This document shows, piece by piece, positions 20,796 to 29,476 of a DNA stretch of 64,000 nt; within the stretch, counting starts at the first letter, position 1, and every line of letters begins with the position of its first letter. The position numbers were made by a program, and so were the translations under genes. The notes beneath the pieces were generated by a model. It had not been told where the DNA came from, made no database searches, and worked only from the letters and a program-made list of their open reading frames with translations. Origin of the DNA: an uncultured Acidobacteriota bacterium (GTDB lineage Bacteria; Acidobacteriota; JAQAZP01); assembly GCA_963836075.1 (NCBI GenBank), contig CAWIIB010000009.1, positions 960,001-1,024,000 of the forward strand. Direction: 5' to 3'.

Positions 20796-21121
20796 CGTGC
20801 CCCGGCCCTCGCTCGCTCGATGGTTTCCATGCCCGAGGAGCTGGAGATGGTGTTGAACCTGATCTCGGGCCGTTCGAGCGCCAGTTCCATGATCAGGAGC
20901 AGGTTGCGGAATTCTTCCGACCCGAGGTGGCGGTCCAGACCCTCCGTGGTCTTCCACACCTGCTCGAGCAGGATCACGTCCCTGTCCTGCAGGTCCCCGT
21001 AGAGATGGCAGCTAGTACAGCCGGGTTCGTCCCGGCACTGCTCAACCACCGGCCTGAGGATTCCCAGAATTTCGTCCCTCTTCCGTGGCGGAATCATCAT
21101 CCTGATGGTGGCTTGAATCAT
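20792..21121 (-). CDS. ABM-domain protein, copy 2
   Basis: Near-identical to 5892..6221; GGAGG RBS. Confidence 0.8.
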   Translation of the reverse strand: MIQATIRMMIPPRKRDEILGILRPVVEQCRDEPGCTSCHLYGDLQDRDVILLEQVWKTTEGLDRHLGSEEFRNLLLIMELALERPEIRFNTISSSSGMETIERARAGAR

Positions 21122-21154
21122 GCGCACCTCCAGAAAATCTCACGGGGGAGATAA

Positions 21155-21958
21155 TCAAAAGCCGAACTTGAACCCGAGATACGGGCCGTACAGTGCGAGC
21201 TTCGTCTTGAGCTCGGCCCGTTCGAAGTCTTCTTCCAGTTCTATCTGCAGGTAGCGGTAGCCGGCGAACAGCGTGTAGCGATCCTCCTGCCCGAACGCGT
21301 ACCCCAGGCCGGCCTGGCCGCTCCAGGTATACTCGGTGCCGCCGGTGCTCCCGTCCGCCTTGATGTGGTACCGCCAGTTTTCGGCGAACCGGCCCATGTA
21401 GCGCAGGCCGACAAGGGCGTCGTAGTTCGTGCCGCTCGGCTCGAAACGGCGATAGTCGGTTTCTTCGCCGCCGGGGGTCTGGATGCGGATGTCGGTGGAC
21501 TGGTCGGCATCGAGGATCCGCAGGCCATAGATCAGGCTGAAGCCCTCGCCATGACCCCGCGGGTTGTAGATGCCCGCCGCGTCGAAGAGGATCAGCTCGA
21601 AATCGCTGGTGGCGACGATGTCGCTGCCACCGGGCCCGCGGAGGGGGTAGCGCTTGTCGTCGTCGTCAAAGTCATAGTAGGTGAAATCGAGCAGGAATCC
21701 GTGGCGCCCGCGCTGGCCCTGGAGATTGATCTGGAACACGAAGTCCAGCCTGTCCACCAGCTCGCTCAGATCCACAGTTTCGTCGAGGAACTCCCGGTCA
21801 TTGACCGATACGTCGGCGCTGACTTGGCTCATAAATAAGTATGGCGTGACGCTCCACTCCCACTCCTCGGCGTTGGCCGTCGCCGGCAGGACGAAAAGCC
21901 CCGCGACCACCATCGCCATCAGCATCCCGAGCAGTTCCGTTGTCCTCCGCATCTTCAT
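21155..21958 (-). CDS. Outer-membrane beta-barrel protein
   Basis: Signal peptide (ANA-EEW), WSVTPYLF, AGYRYL and C-terminal GPYLGFKFGF; GAGGAGG RBS. Confidence 0.8.
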   Translation of the reverse strand: MKMRRTTELLGMLMAMVVAGLFVLPATANAEEWEWSVTPYLFMSQVSADVSVNDREFLDETVDLSELVDRLDFVFQINLQGQRGRHGFLLDFTYYDFDDDDKRYPLRGPGGSDIVATSDFELILFDAAGIYNPRGHGEGFSLIYGLRILDADQSTDIRIQTPGGEETDYRRFEPSGTNYDALVGLRYMGRFAENWRYHIKADGSTGGTEYTWSGQAGLGYAFGQEDRYTLFAGYRYLQIELEEDFERAELKTKLALYGPYLGFKFGF

Positions 21959-22049
21959 TTCCTCCTCGTTTCCCCTCTGGGTTCCCGACGGCGGCCAGCC
22001 GCGGGAGGTGATATTGAACACTACCGGATGAATACTGACTGTTCAGCGT

Positions 22050-22065
22050 TGCCAGATTCGTACCA
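22050..22065 (-). promoter_or_regulatory. Sigma-54 (-24/-12) promoter, copy 2
   Basis: TGGTACGAATCTGGCA on the - strand (GG-N10-GC), paralogous to 6293..6308. Confidence 0.78.
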
Positions 22066-22162
22066 GTAGATGCCCGGCGGGCATCCGGCATCCCAAGTGC
22101 AAGTTATTAATATGGTTGTGCTAAGCAGGGGGTGAGGAGAATGAAGAGGCCGTGAGTTGAGC

Positions 22163-22196
22163 CGCCGAAATGTTGGCAGTTGCCATTATTTCGGCA
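22163..22196. promoter_or_regulatory. Tandem 16-bp palindromic putative enhancer (UAS), copy 2
   Basis: CGCCGAAATGTTGGCA-gt-TGCCATTATTTCGGCA; overlaps the activator stop codon. Confidence 0.65.
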
Positions 22197-24230
22197 TCGC
22201 CCGGCTGGATCGCCTGATGCCCAGCTTCTTGATCTTTGCCTGGAGGGTCGATCGTTTCAGGCCGAGAATCTCCGCGGCGCCGCCCGGCCCGGAGACGCGC
22301 CAGCCGGTCTTCTCCAGCACGGCCGTCACGTGCATCCGCTCCATGTCCTCGAGGCTGGCGAACGCGTCGGCTTCCGCAGGACGCGGACCTCGGCACCTGA
22401 ACCTCCAGGGATTTTCTCTTGCTCATAATCATGGCGTTCTCGATCAGGTTTCTCAGCTCCCGCACGTTGCCCGGCCAGGAATGGGATTGCAGGGCCTGCA
22501 TGGTCTGCTTCGGAATGCTCTCGATCTCTTTTCCCATCCTCTTCTGAAATTCCCTGATGAACTTCCAGACCAGGAGAGGAATATCGTCCGGCCGCTCACG
22601 AAGGGGCGGGATCACGATGGGAAACACATTCAGCCGGTAGAAGAGGTCCCGCCTGAAGCGGCCGTCCTCTCACGTCCTTCTCCAGGTCCCGGTTGGTGGC
22701 GGCGATGATGCGGACGTCGACGTTCTGGGATCGTGTGGAACCCAGCCTCTCGAAGCAGCCGTCCTCGAGGACCCGCAGCAGCTTGCTCTGCAGTTCGATG
22801 GGGATTTCACCGATCTCGTCGAGAAAGAGGGTCGATCCGTGCGCCAGCTCGAAGCGGCCGGCCATTCTGGTCAGGGCGCCGGTGTACGCTCCTTTTTCCC
22901 GGCCGAAGAGGTCGCTTTCGATCAGTGTGGGCGCGATTGCGGCACAGTTGACCGTCACCAGCGGCCGCTCTTTCCGGGAGCTCATGCCATGGATCGCCCG
23001 GGCCAGCAGTTCCTTACCCGTCCCGGTTTCCCCCAGGATGAGGACCGTGGAATCCGTGGGGGCGACCTGCTCCGCCCGGGAAAGGACCCGCTTCATCGCA
23101 GCGCTCTGGGCCACGATCCCCGTGTGCTCGGTCAGCAGCCGGACCTCTTCCAGCAGGTAGAGATTCTCCTGTTCCAGACGCTGCTTGAGCCCTTCGATCT
23201 CGTCGAGTTGTTCCTTGAGCTGCTCTTCCATCTGCATGCGTTCGGTGATGTCGAGCGACACGCCGACAAAGCGGGACGATTCACCGGCTGGTTTGCCGTG
23301 CCGTTGCCCGCGGGAGCAGATCCATTTGACCTCTCCGTCCGGGCGCACGATCCTGTAGTCGCAGTGGAAGTTCTCTCCCGATTGGAGGGCCTGCTGCACG
23401 GCCAGGTCGACCTTCTCTCCGTCCTCGGCATGGATGACCTTGAAGAAACTGCGATAGGTCAGATCTTCGTCCGGAGCAAAATGGAACAGTTCCCGGGTTT
23501 TGGGCGATACCCAGACGCTTTCGGTGTCGAGATCCATGACCCAGAGACCCATTCCCGCAGCGTCCGTCGCCACACTGAGCTTCGCCTCGTTTTCGCGCAA
23601 CGACTCTTCGGCCTTTTTGCGGGCCAGCGCGTTGGAAAACACCTGCGCGACCAGCTCGAATCCATTCACGATACTGTCCGGCCAGCTTCGCTCTTCGCGG
23701 GTGACAGCGAAGGTCAACAAGCCGAACACCGGCCCATCTCCAACCAGCAGTGGGACACAGACCACCGACCTGGTTCCGTACACGTCGTAAAACTTCCGGT
23801 CGAGATCTGCTTCAGGCGGGAGGTCGGTCATTTTCGCAATGATGACCTTCTCCCCGTCCAGGAGCTTCTGTGCTGTCCAGGGGAAGAAATCCTTTGCATC
23901 CAGCCGCTCGAGGGGCCCCAGGTTTTCCGGAGGCTGAGAAATATGTGTCAGCAGCAGCTTCCCGGGCTCTTGCTCAGGGGTTTGAAACAGTGTGGAGCGG
24001 TCAAGATCGAGCAGCTCGCAGATGCGGCGCTGGGCGTGTTCAATGTCGCTGTCGATCTGGTCGGCGGGCAGGTTGATGAACCGCGAGGAGATTTCGCGCA
24101 TCAACGTTTCGAACCTCAGCCGCTTGTCGAGGCTCCGCTTCAATGTCGCGATGTGCTCGGTTTTTTTCGCCTGGATTCGCTCATCCGCGTCTTGCGGGGG
24201 CTGCTGCCTCGTCGGGCCACTCTTGTCCAT
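22186..24230 (-). CDS. Sigma-54-dependent activator (GAF + PAS + AAA+ + HTH), copy 2; two +1 frameshifts (~22670, ~22375)
   Basis: GETGTGKE, GAYTGA and LFLDEIGE; extra PAS domain (GMGLWVMD...DYRIVRPDGEVKWICSRG). DNA is colinear with copy 1 down to the stop at 22186. Confidence 0.88.
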
Positions 24231-24273
24231 CGCATACCCCTTGGATGACCCGGCCCTTCTTGAGCTGGCCGGA

Positions 24274-25617
24274 TCAAGGCGCCGCGAACCGTTCCTGGTT
24301 GTTGTCCAACACCTGGATGCCGAGAGCCGTCATCTCATGCCGGCAGCGATTGGAACAACTGCCGAGCAGGTAGAGCTCGGACGTGCTTTTTCCCTGGGCC
24401 CGCGTCTGTTCCCCGATCATCCGCGCCCGCGCGGCGACCGCTTCCGTCCAGAGGAGGTGGTCGGTGGCGGCCACGGCCAGCACCTGGCCCTGGCGGGTCA
24501 GTGCGCTGAGCGACGCCGTGGAATCGAGTATCCGGGCCAACGGTGTTTTTTTCTGGTGGTGCCAGGCCAGAATCATCACGTTGCGGGTGAAGAAACGGGA
24601 CTCTTCGCCCGATTCGATTTTCGCCGCTTCCGCGATCAGCTCCACCCTGTTTTCAACACCGGGCATCTCCACAACGGCCTGGACGATCATCGTCTGGCTG
24701 GTCGGGCTGTGCCACGGGTTGGTGAAGAAGCGCTCCAGGAGCGATTGCTCCATGCCCAGCGCCAGCAGCTGCTTTTCGTTGAGAATCTTCAGATCGTAGG
24801 GATCGGTCTCCCAGACCAGCTGGTTCGCTTTGCGGAGATACCTGACCCCGGGGATCCCGGGGACCACCAATCGCATGCCTAAACCCGCCGCGGCGTCCAC
24901 CCGGGCCACCTGCTCGATGGCTTTGCGCAACACTTCATTCGTGCCGTAGGGGTCGACTTCGAGCTTGGCCGCCCAGCGGCGCTGGGCGGAGGTGACACCG
25001 AACCACTTCCCGGCATATTCTTCCGCGGCGTCGACGGCCTTGTCCTTGGTCGTAGGTTCATTCTCCGATTTGGATTCTTCGGCCGAAGTCTCACCGTCAT
25101 CCTCGTCCTGGTGACGCTTCTCCCTGGTCTTGTCGAGGTATTCACCTGCCTGCTTCTTGTAACGCTTGAACTTTCGTGAGACGCCACCGGGGATCCCCTT
25201 GACCGTCTCCACCGGGTGCGAGGCGAATTCGGCGATGGTCTGGATCTGGCTCAACCCGGCTTCCTTTGCCGCGTCGATAAAGACCTCTGTTTTGGAGAGT
25301 TCGTCGAGCTGGACCAGGGCGTGGATTTCGTGGACCCGGACGGCGAGCAGCTCGGTGCCGTAGGCCTCGAACTCACCGAAGTCGGAGTTGATGCGGTAGA
25401 AGTTCAGGTACCCGTCATTGTGGACCTTGTCGACCACACTGTGGTGCTCGCTGCGCAGCAGCTCCCCGGGCAGGATTGTTTTGGCGCTGAGCGATGTGGA
25501 GGTTTCGAAATCCTCGCCGCCGGCGAGCGGCGCGGTGGAGCAAAGCGCCAGGGCCAGGGCCAGCGGGAGAGCCGGACGGACTCGGCGGAAAATCCTTTTC
25601 AGCGGCCGTTGCATCAT
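24274..25617 (-). CDS. Hypothetical exported protein
   Basis: Signal peptide and long ORF with host-like codon usage; WAAKLEVDPYGTN segment; no family recognised with certainty. Confidence 0.7.
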   Translation of the reverse strand: MMQRPLKRIFRRVRPALPLALALALCSTAPLAGGEDFETSTSLSAKTILPGELLRSEHHSVVDKVHNDGYLNFYRINSDFGEFEAYGTELLAVRVHEIHALVQLDELSKTEVFIDAAKEAGLSQIQTIAEFASHPVETVKGIPGGVSRKFKRYKKQAGEYLDKTREKRHQDEDDGETSAEESKSENEPTTKDKAVDAAEEYAGKWFGVTSAQRRWAAKLEVDPYGTNEVLRKAIEQVARVDAAAGLGMRLVVPGIPGVRYLRKANQLVWETDPYDLKILNEKQLLALGMEQSLLERFFTNPWHSPTSQTMIVQAVVEMPGVENRVELIAEAAKIESGEESRFFTRNVMILAWHHQKKTPLARILDSTASLSALTRQGQVLAVAATDHLLWTEAVAARARMIGEQTRAQGKSTSELYLLGSCSNRCRHEMTALGIQVLDNNQERFAAP

Positions 25618-26040
25618 GATCAACCCCTCGTCGTTTATCAGGGCCATTCTTCTTTCCGGCCAGGTACCGGCACCATAGTCCGCATCCTCTGGATGCGGCC
25701 GGAGAAGGAAAACCACAAAGTGTGCAGGTTGCAAAGTTTACCACATTTATTTTTGAACCACACGGCATGGCATTGTCAGCATCGCGTCGGCGGCGCACCG
25801 CAATGTTGTTTAGCGGAAATGGCGAGACCTGGCCGCTGTCCCCGCTCTCGAAAAAGATTTTCGGGCGCTCGATGGAGGAGAAGATCAGGAGCGGTTCGCC
25901 GAATGGCCTTGCCCACCCGTGCCGGTCGAATCGGATTCTGGTATATTGTCCCTGTTTTCATTGGCGTTATCCAACCAGGGCCGGCCGGCGTTCTCCCTGC
26001 CGTTCCGTGGCCCGTTCGACCAGACTGGAGGCGCTGACCG

Positions 26041-26706
26041 ATGAAACCAGGAAGCACCGGGATCGGATCCACGGCTCGGGCAACCATGCTTAGCTTGCTG
26101 CTCCCGGGCCTGTTGCTTGTCGGCGGATGCGCCGGCGACGCGCAACAGATGTCCGGGGAGGCCGCGAAAACGGCGCCCCCGCCGGCCGCCGCCAAACCCC
26201 CGGCGCCACCCGCGGCGACCCATGACGCCGACCAGTCCACCAGCCTGATTGCGGCGGCGGCCATGGGTGATGCCGGCCGGGCCAGGGAAGCGCTGGGCCG
26301 GGGCGCCGACCCGAACGTCCGCCACCCGGAGGGCTACACGGCCCTGATGGCGGCCGCCTTTGACGGGCACAGCGCCGTGGTGCAGGCACTGCTGGAGCAC
26401 GGCGCACGGATCGACGTCCTCGACCCTGCCGGCCGCACCGCTTTGATGTACGCCTCCAGCGGCCCCTTCGAAGAAACGGTGAGAATCCTGCTGGAGCACG
26501 GGGCCGACCCGCTGGTGGTGGACAGGGATGAGCAGTTCACCGCGCTGATGTTTGCCGCCGGCGAGGGGCAGGTGGCGGTGATCAAGGCCCTGCTCGAGTA
26601 TGGCGCCGACCCGAACACGGTTGATGCGGACGGTGACACGGCCCTCGATTTCGCCACCAGGAACGGGCATGCCGAGACCGTGGCCCTGCTGGAGAGCCTG
26701 CAGTAG
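26041..26706 (+). CDS. Ankyrin-repeat lipoprotein
   Basis: Lipobox-like VGGC and repeated G.TALM.AA...LL.HGADP units. Confidence 0.9.
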   Translation: MKPGSTGIGSTARATMLSLLLPGLLLVGGCAGDAQQMSGEAAKTAPPPAAAKPPAPPAATHDADQSTSLIAAAAMGDAGRAREALGRGADPNVRHPEGYTALMAAAFDGHSAVVQALLEHGARIDVLDPAGRTALMYASSGPFEETVRILLEHGADPLVVDRDEQFTALMFAAGEGQVAVIKALLEYGADPNTVDADGDTALDFATRNGHAETVALLESLQ

Positions 26707-26752
26707 TTCCGGTTTTTCCATTGTTGTATACTGATCACTTGAGGATGGAACA

Positions 26753-27172
26753 GTGGACATCTCACCGGATCATATTCAACAAATCGAGAGTATTGCCGGG
26801 GACCACCGGCTGTCGCTGGTTTTGCTGTTCGGCTCCGCGGTTTCCAGCCGGGGTGAACACCGGGGGAGTGATCTGGACATCGCTGTCCGCTACTCGGGCA
26901 AGGTGCCGGAGTTCAAAGAGCAGTGCCAGTTGATCCGTCAGCTCCAGGGGCTCTTCCCCGATCGAGAAGTGGACCTGGCGGTGATCAACCACGCCGATCC
27001 GCTTTTCCTGAAGAAGATCACCGAAAACTGCCGGCTTCTTTACGGTGATCCCGTCCAGCTTCAGGAACTCAAGATTTACGCCTTCAAGCGTTACCAGGAT
27101 CACCGCCGCTATTTCGTGATGGAGAGGGACTTTGTTGACCGGTATCTGGAAACGACTATGGAAGTGGAATGA
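26753..27172 (+). CDS. Minimal nucleotidyltransferase (MNT) antitoxin, MntA-like
   Basis: LLFGS...SDLDIAV and EVDLAV motifs; overlaps the downstream HEPN gene. Confidence 0.85.
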   Translation: MDISPDHIQQIESIAGDHRLSLVLLFGSAVSSRGEHRGSDLDIAVRYSGKVPEFKEQCQLIRQLQGLFPDREVDLAVINHADPLFLKKITENCRLLYGDPVQLQELKIYAFKRYQDHRRYFVMERDFVDRYLETTMEVE

Positions 27173-27609
27173 TCGACCCTGTCCTCATCACGCGTAAGAT
27201 CAATCTCATCGTCAGGGACGTGAACGCCCTGACAGCATACGGCCAGTTGTCTCTCGAGGAGTACCTGTCAGACCCGGTGACTGAAGTCGCCGCGGAGCGG
27301 TACCTGGAGCGGATTATCGGCCGGTTGATCGACATCAATTTTCACATCATCACCGAACTGGGCCACCCGCCGCCGAAGGATTACTTCGACTCTTTCACCA
27401 CCCTGGGGAAGCTGCAGGTGCTGCCGGTGGAGTTTTCCCAAAAGATCGCTTCGGCCGCCGGCCTTCGCAACCGAATCGTTCACGAGTATGACGAACTGGA
27501 CGAAAAGAAGATCCACGAAGCGCTCCAGGAGGCCCTGCAGGACATCCCGCTATTCATCAAGCACGTCAACCGGTTCGTTCAAAAGCCGGATTCCCTCTCT
27601 CCTGAGTAA
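27169..27609 (+). CDS. HEPN/DUF86 RNase toxin, HepT-like
   Basis: RNRIVHEY (RX4HXY) motif; AAERYLE; paired with MNT. Confidence 0.88.
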   Translation: MIDPVLITRKINLIVRDVNALTAYGQLSLEEYLSDPVTEVAAERYLERIIGRLIDINFHIITELGHPPPKDYFDSFTTLGKLQVLPVEFSQKIASAAGLRNRIVHEYDELDEKKIHEALQEALQDIPLFIKHVNRFVQKPDSLSPE

Positions 27610-27699
27610 CCCGGGCAGTGACTCGGCGAGCTGGTCGCCAGCGCGGTCAATGTTCCTTTCGGGGTGAGACGGCCACGTGGCCGGCCGTCAGCATCGAGA

Positions 27700-27839
27700 C
27701 CGACGATACCTGTTTCAGCGGGGGGGCCGGCATCCGCTTCCGGCTCAACCAGGAGAACCGGGTCAACTTCCGTGTCGACTATGCCGTGGGCGAGAACGAC
27801 CAGGACGGATTTTACGTCGGCGTCATGGAAGCTTTCTGA
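27700..27839 (+). pseudogene. 3' remnant of an Omp85/BamA-like surface-antigen gene
   Basis: SGGAGIRFRLNQENRVNFRVDYAVG...FYVGVMEAF-stop is a typical Omp85 barrel C-terminus; no 5' part is present. Confidence 0.6.
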
Positions 27840-27858
27840 GCGGAACGAGCAGCGATAC

Positions 27859-28719
27859 TCAGCTGATCCGCTTGACGATCTGCCGGAAGAAATCCCGGGA
27901 CCAGACCTCAAGTGCCCGCTGGTCCCTGATGAACGGGGCCACTTCCTGCCGGGCATGTTCAACATTCAGTCCATCGATTGCGTTGTGCAGCAGGGCCTGG
28001 AGCCGGTCCATGGTCAGCGGCGCTCTATCATCATAGTCTCCGGACTGCCGCATCCTCGATTCCAGGTGGCTCAGGTGAACGTTCGGATGTCGTCCGACAT
28101 ACCAGACCAGATCGTACCAGTCGCGGCCCTTCACCCGGGTCTTCCACTTGCGGCACAGGACGGCATGGAGCTTGCCGGCAAAGAGGTCCGGCAGGGTGTA
28201 CGTGCGCACCGAGAACGGGATGGGCTGCAGGACGTATTGCGATTCAGTGTCAAAGCCCGGCGGTGGATCCCTGTCCACTTCCAGCCGGACCTTGAGTTTC
28301 CGATCGGGATTCAGGCCATGGAGCACATCCTCTCCGGCTCCGATGAGAATCAACTGTTGATAGGTGTTGGCTTTCAGAAACGCTGAATCGACCGGGCTGT
28401 CATGTTGTTTCCGTCTTGGTTCGAACTCGACGCTGAAGCCGAAGCTTTCGATTTCCCTCTGCAGTGCATCTCCGTATGCCCCGAGGGAGAACCGGGCATC
28501 CGGTCTGATCAATGAAAAGTCCAGGTCCTCCGAGTAGCGGTCCAGACCGTGCAGGATCCTCAGTGCGGTTCCACCATAGAAGGCCGCGTGCTCGAAGAAC
28601 TTGCTGCGCCAGAGCCCGAGCAGGGCCACCTCCTGCAGGATTTCCCTGAGGGCGTGCAGGTAGTCGTCGCGGCTTTGACATTGATAGCGATCCAGCATGC
28701 TGCGAATGGCGTCATTCAT
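27859..28719 (-). CDS. abiEii: AbiEii-family nucleotidyltransferase toxin (type IV TA)
   Basis: FYGGTAL, RYSEDLDF, GKLHAV and KGRDWYD motifs. Confidence 0.9.
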   Translation of the reverse strand: MNDAIRSMLDRYQCQSRDDYLHALREILQEVALLGLWRSKFFEHAAFYGGTALRILHGLDRYSEDLDFSLIRPDARFSLGAYGDALQREIESFGFSVEFEPRRKQHDSPVDSAFLKANTYQQLILIGAGEDVLHGLNPDRKLKVRLEVDRDPPPGFDTESQYVLQPIPFSVRTYTLPDLFAGKLHAVLCRKWKTRVKGRDWYDLVWYVGRHPNVHLSHLESRMRQSGDYDDRAPLTMDRLQALLHNAIDGLNVEHARQEVAPFIRDQRALEVWSRDFFRQIVKRIS

Positions 28720-29365
28720 CGCTCGCGTTCTCCTGCTGCGTCAGGTAGCGGAGCAGCGTGTCGATCTTACGGGAATCATAGACCCTGGCGATGGAAGCCA
28801 GGCGTGGCGGATCGAGGTCGCGGAGTGCTTCGGGGCTGATTCGAAGATCATCGAAGAGATACCTCCCGTAGTCGCCCATTCGCTGTCCGCTGAAGCGCTT
28901 GTCGGTCCAGACCTTGTCCACCAGGGCCTTTTCCGGTGATGCCACCAGGAACCGTGATTGGCCTTCTGTTTGCAGAACCGCACCGTTGGCATAGCGCGGC
29001 CGGCTGAGCGTTCGGTAGGAGAAATTCCCCAGGGCGGTTGTGAATCGGCGGGAGCGGCCGGTTGTGACGGAAGTGACCGTTTCCACGCGCTCCGGAATCA
29101 GCCCGTGGTAACTCAGGGCATGATCCAGGCTGACGTATGAGGGCCCGTAAATCAGGTTCGCGAGATACTCGCGACAGACGGGCTCACGGCGAAACGCTTC
29201 GCCAAAGCAGTAGAGACCCTTCTTGATGCGCACGATGTCACCGCTGGTCAATAGCCTGGTGATCTTGTCTCTCGGCTTGCCATAGCTATGAAGTGCACCC
29301 ATCAGGGCCTGATAGTCGAACACATCCATCTCGATCTTCTGTCGGATTGATGCTATATCACTCAT
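28712..29365 (-). CDS. abiEi: AbiEi-family antitoxin / transcriptional regulator
   Basis: IVRIKKGLY, PSYVSL..ALSYHGLIPE and ASPEKALVD; overlaps the toxin start. Confidence 0.85.
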   Translation of the reverse strand: MSDIASIRQKIEMDVFDYQALMGALHSYGKPRDKITRLLTSGDIVRIKKGLYCFGEAFRREPVCREYLANLIYGPSYVSLDHALSYHGLIPERVETVTSVTTGRSRRFTTALGNFSYRTLSRPRYANGAVLQTEGQSRFLVASPEKALVDKVWTDKRFSGQRMGDYGRYLFDDLRISPEALRDLDPPRLASIARVYDSRKIDTLLRYLTQQENASDE

Positions 29366-29385
29366 CCAGCCATTCCTTGAATAGA

Positions 29386-29418
29386 CGTAGTATGTCCACG
29401 AATAATGGACATACTACG
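29386..29418. promoter_or_regulatory. Perfect 13-bp inverted repeat upstream of abiEi (likely autoregulatory operator)
   Basis: CGTAGTATGTCCA-cgaataa-TGGACATACTACG, 20 bp upstream of the abiEi start. Confidence 0.7.
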
Positions 29419-29476
29419 CTAAAAAAACGTTTGTGTCAAATGCCCTGAAGAGAATCGGGTGAGATTTTGGGTGTGA

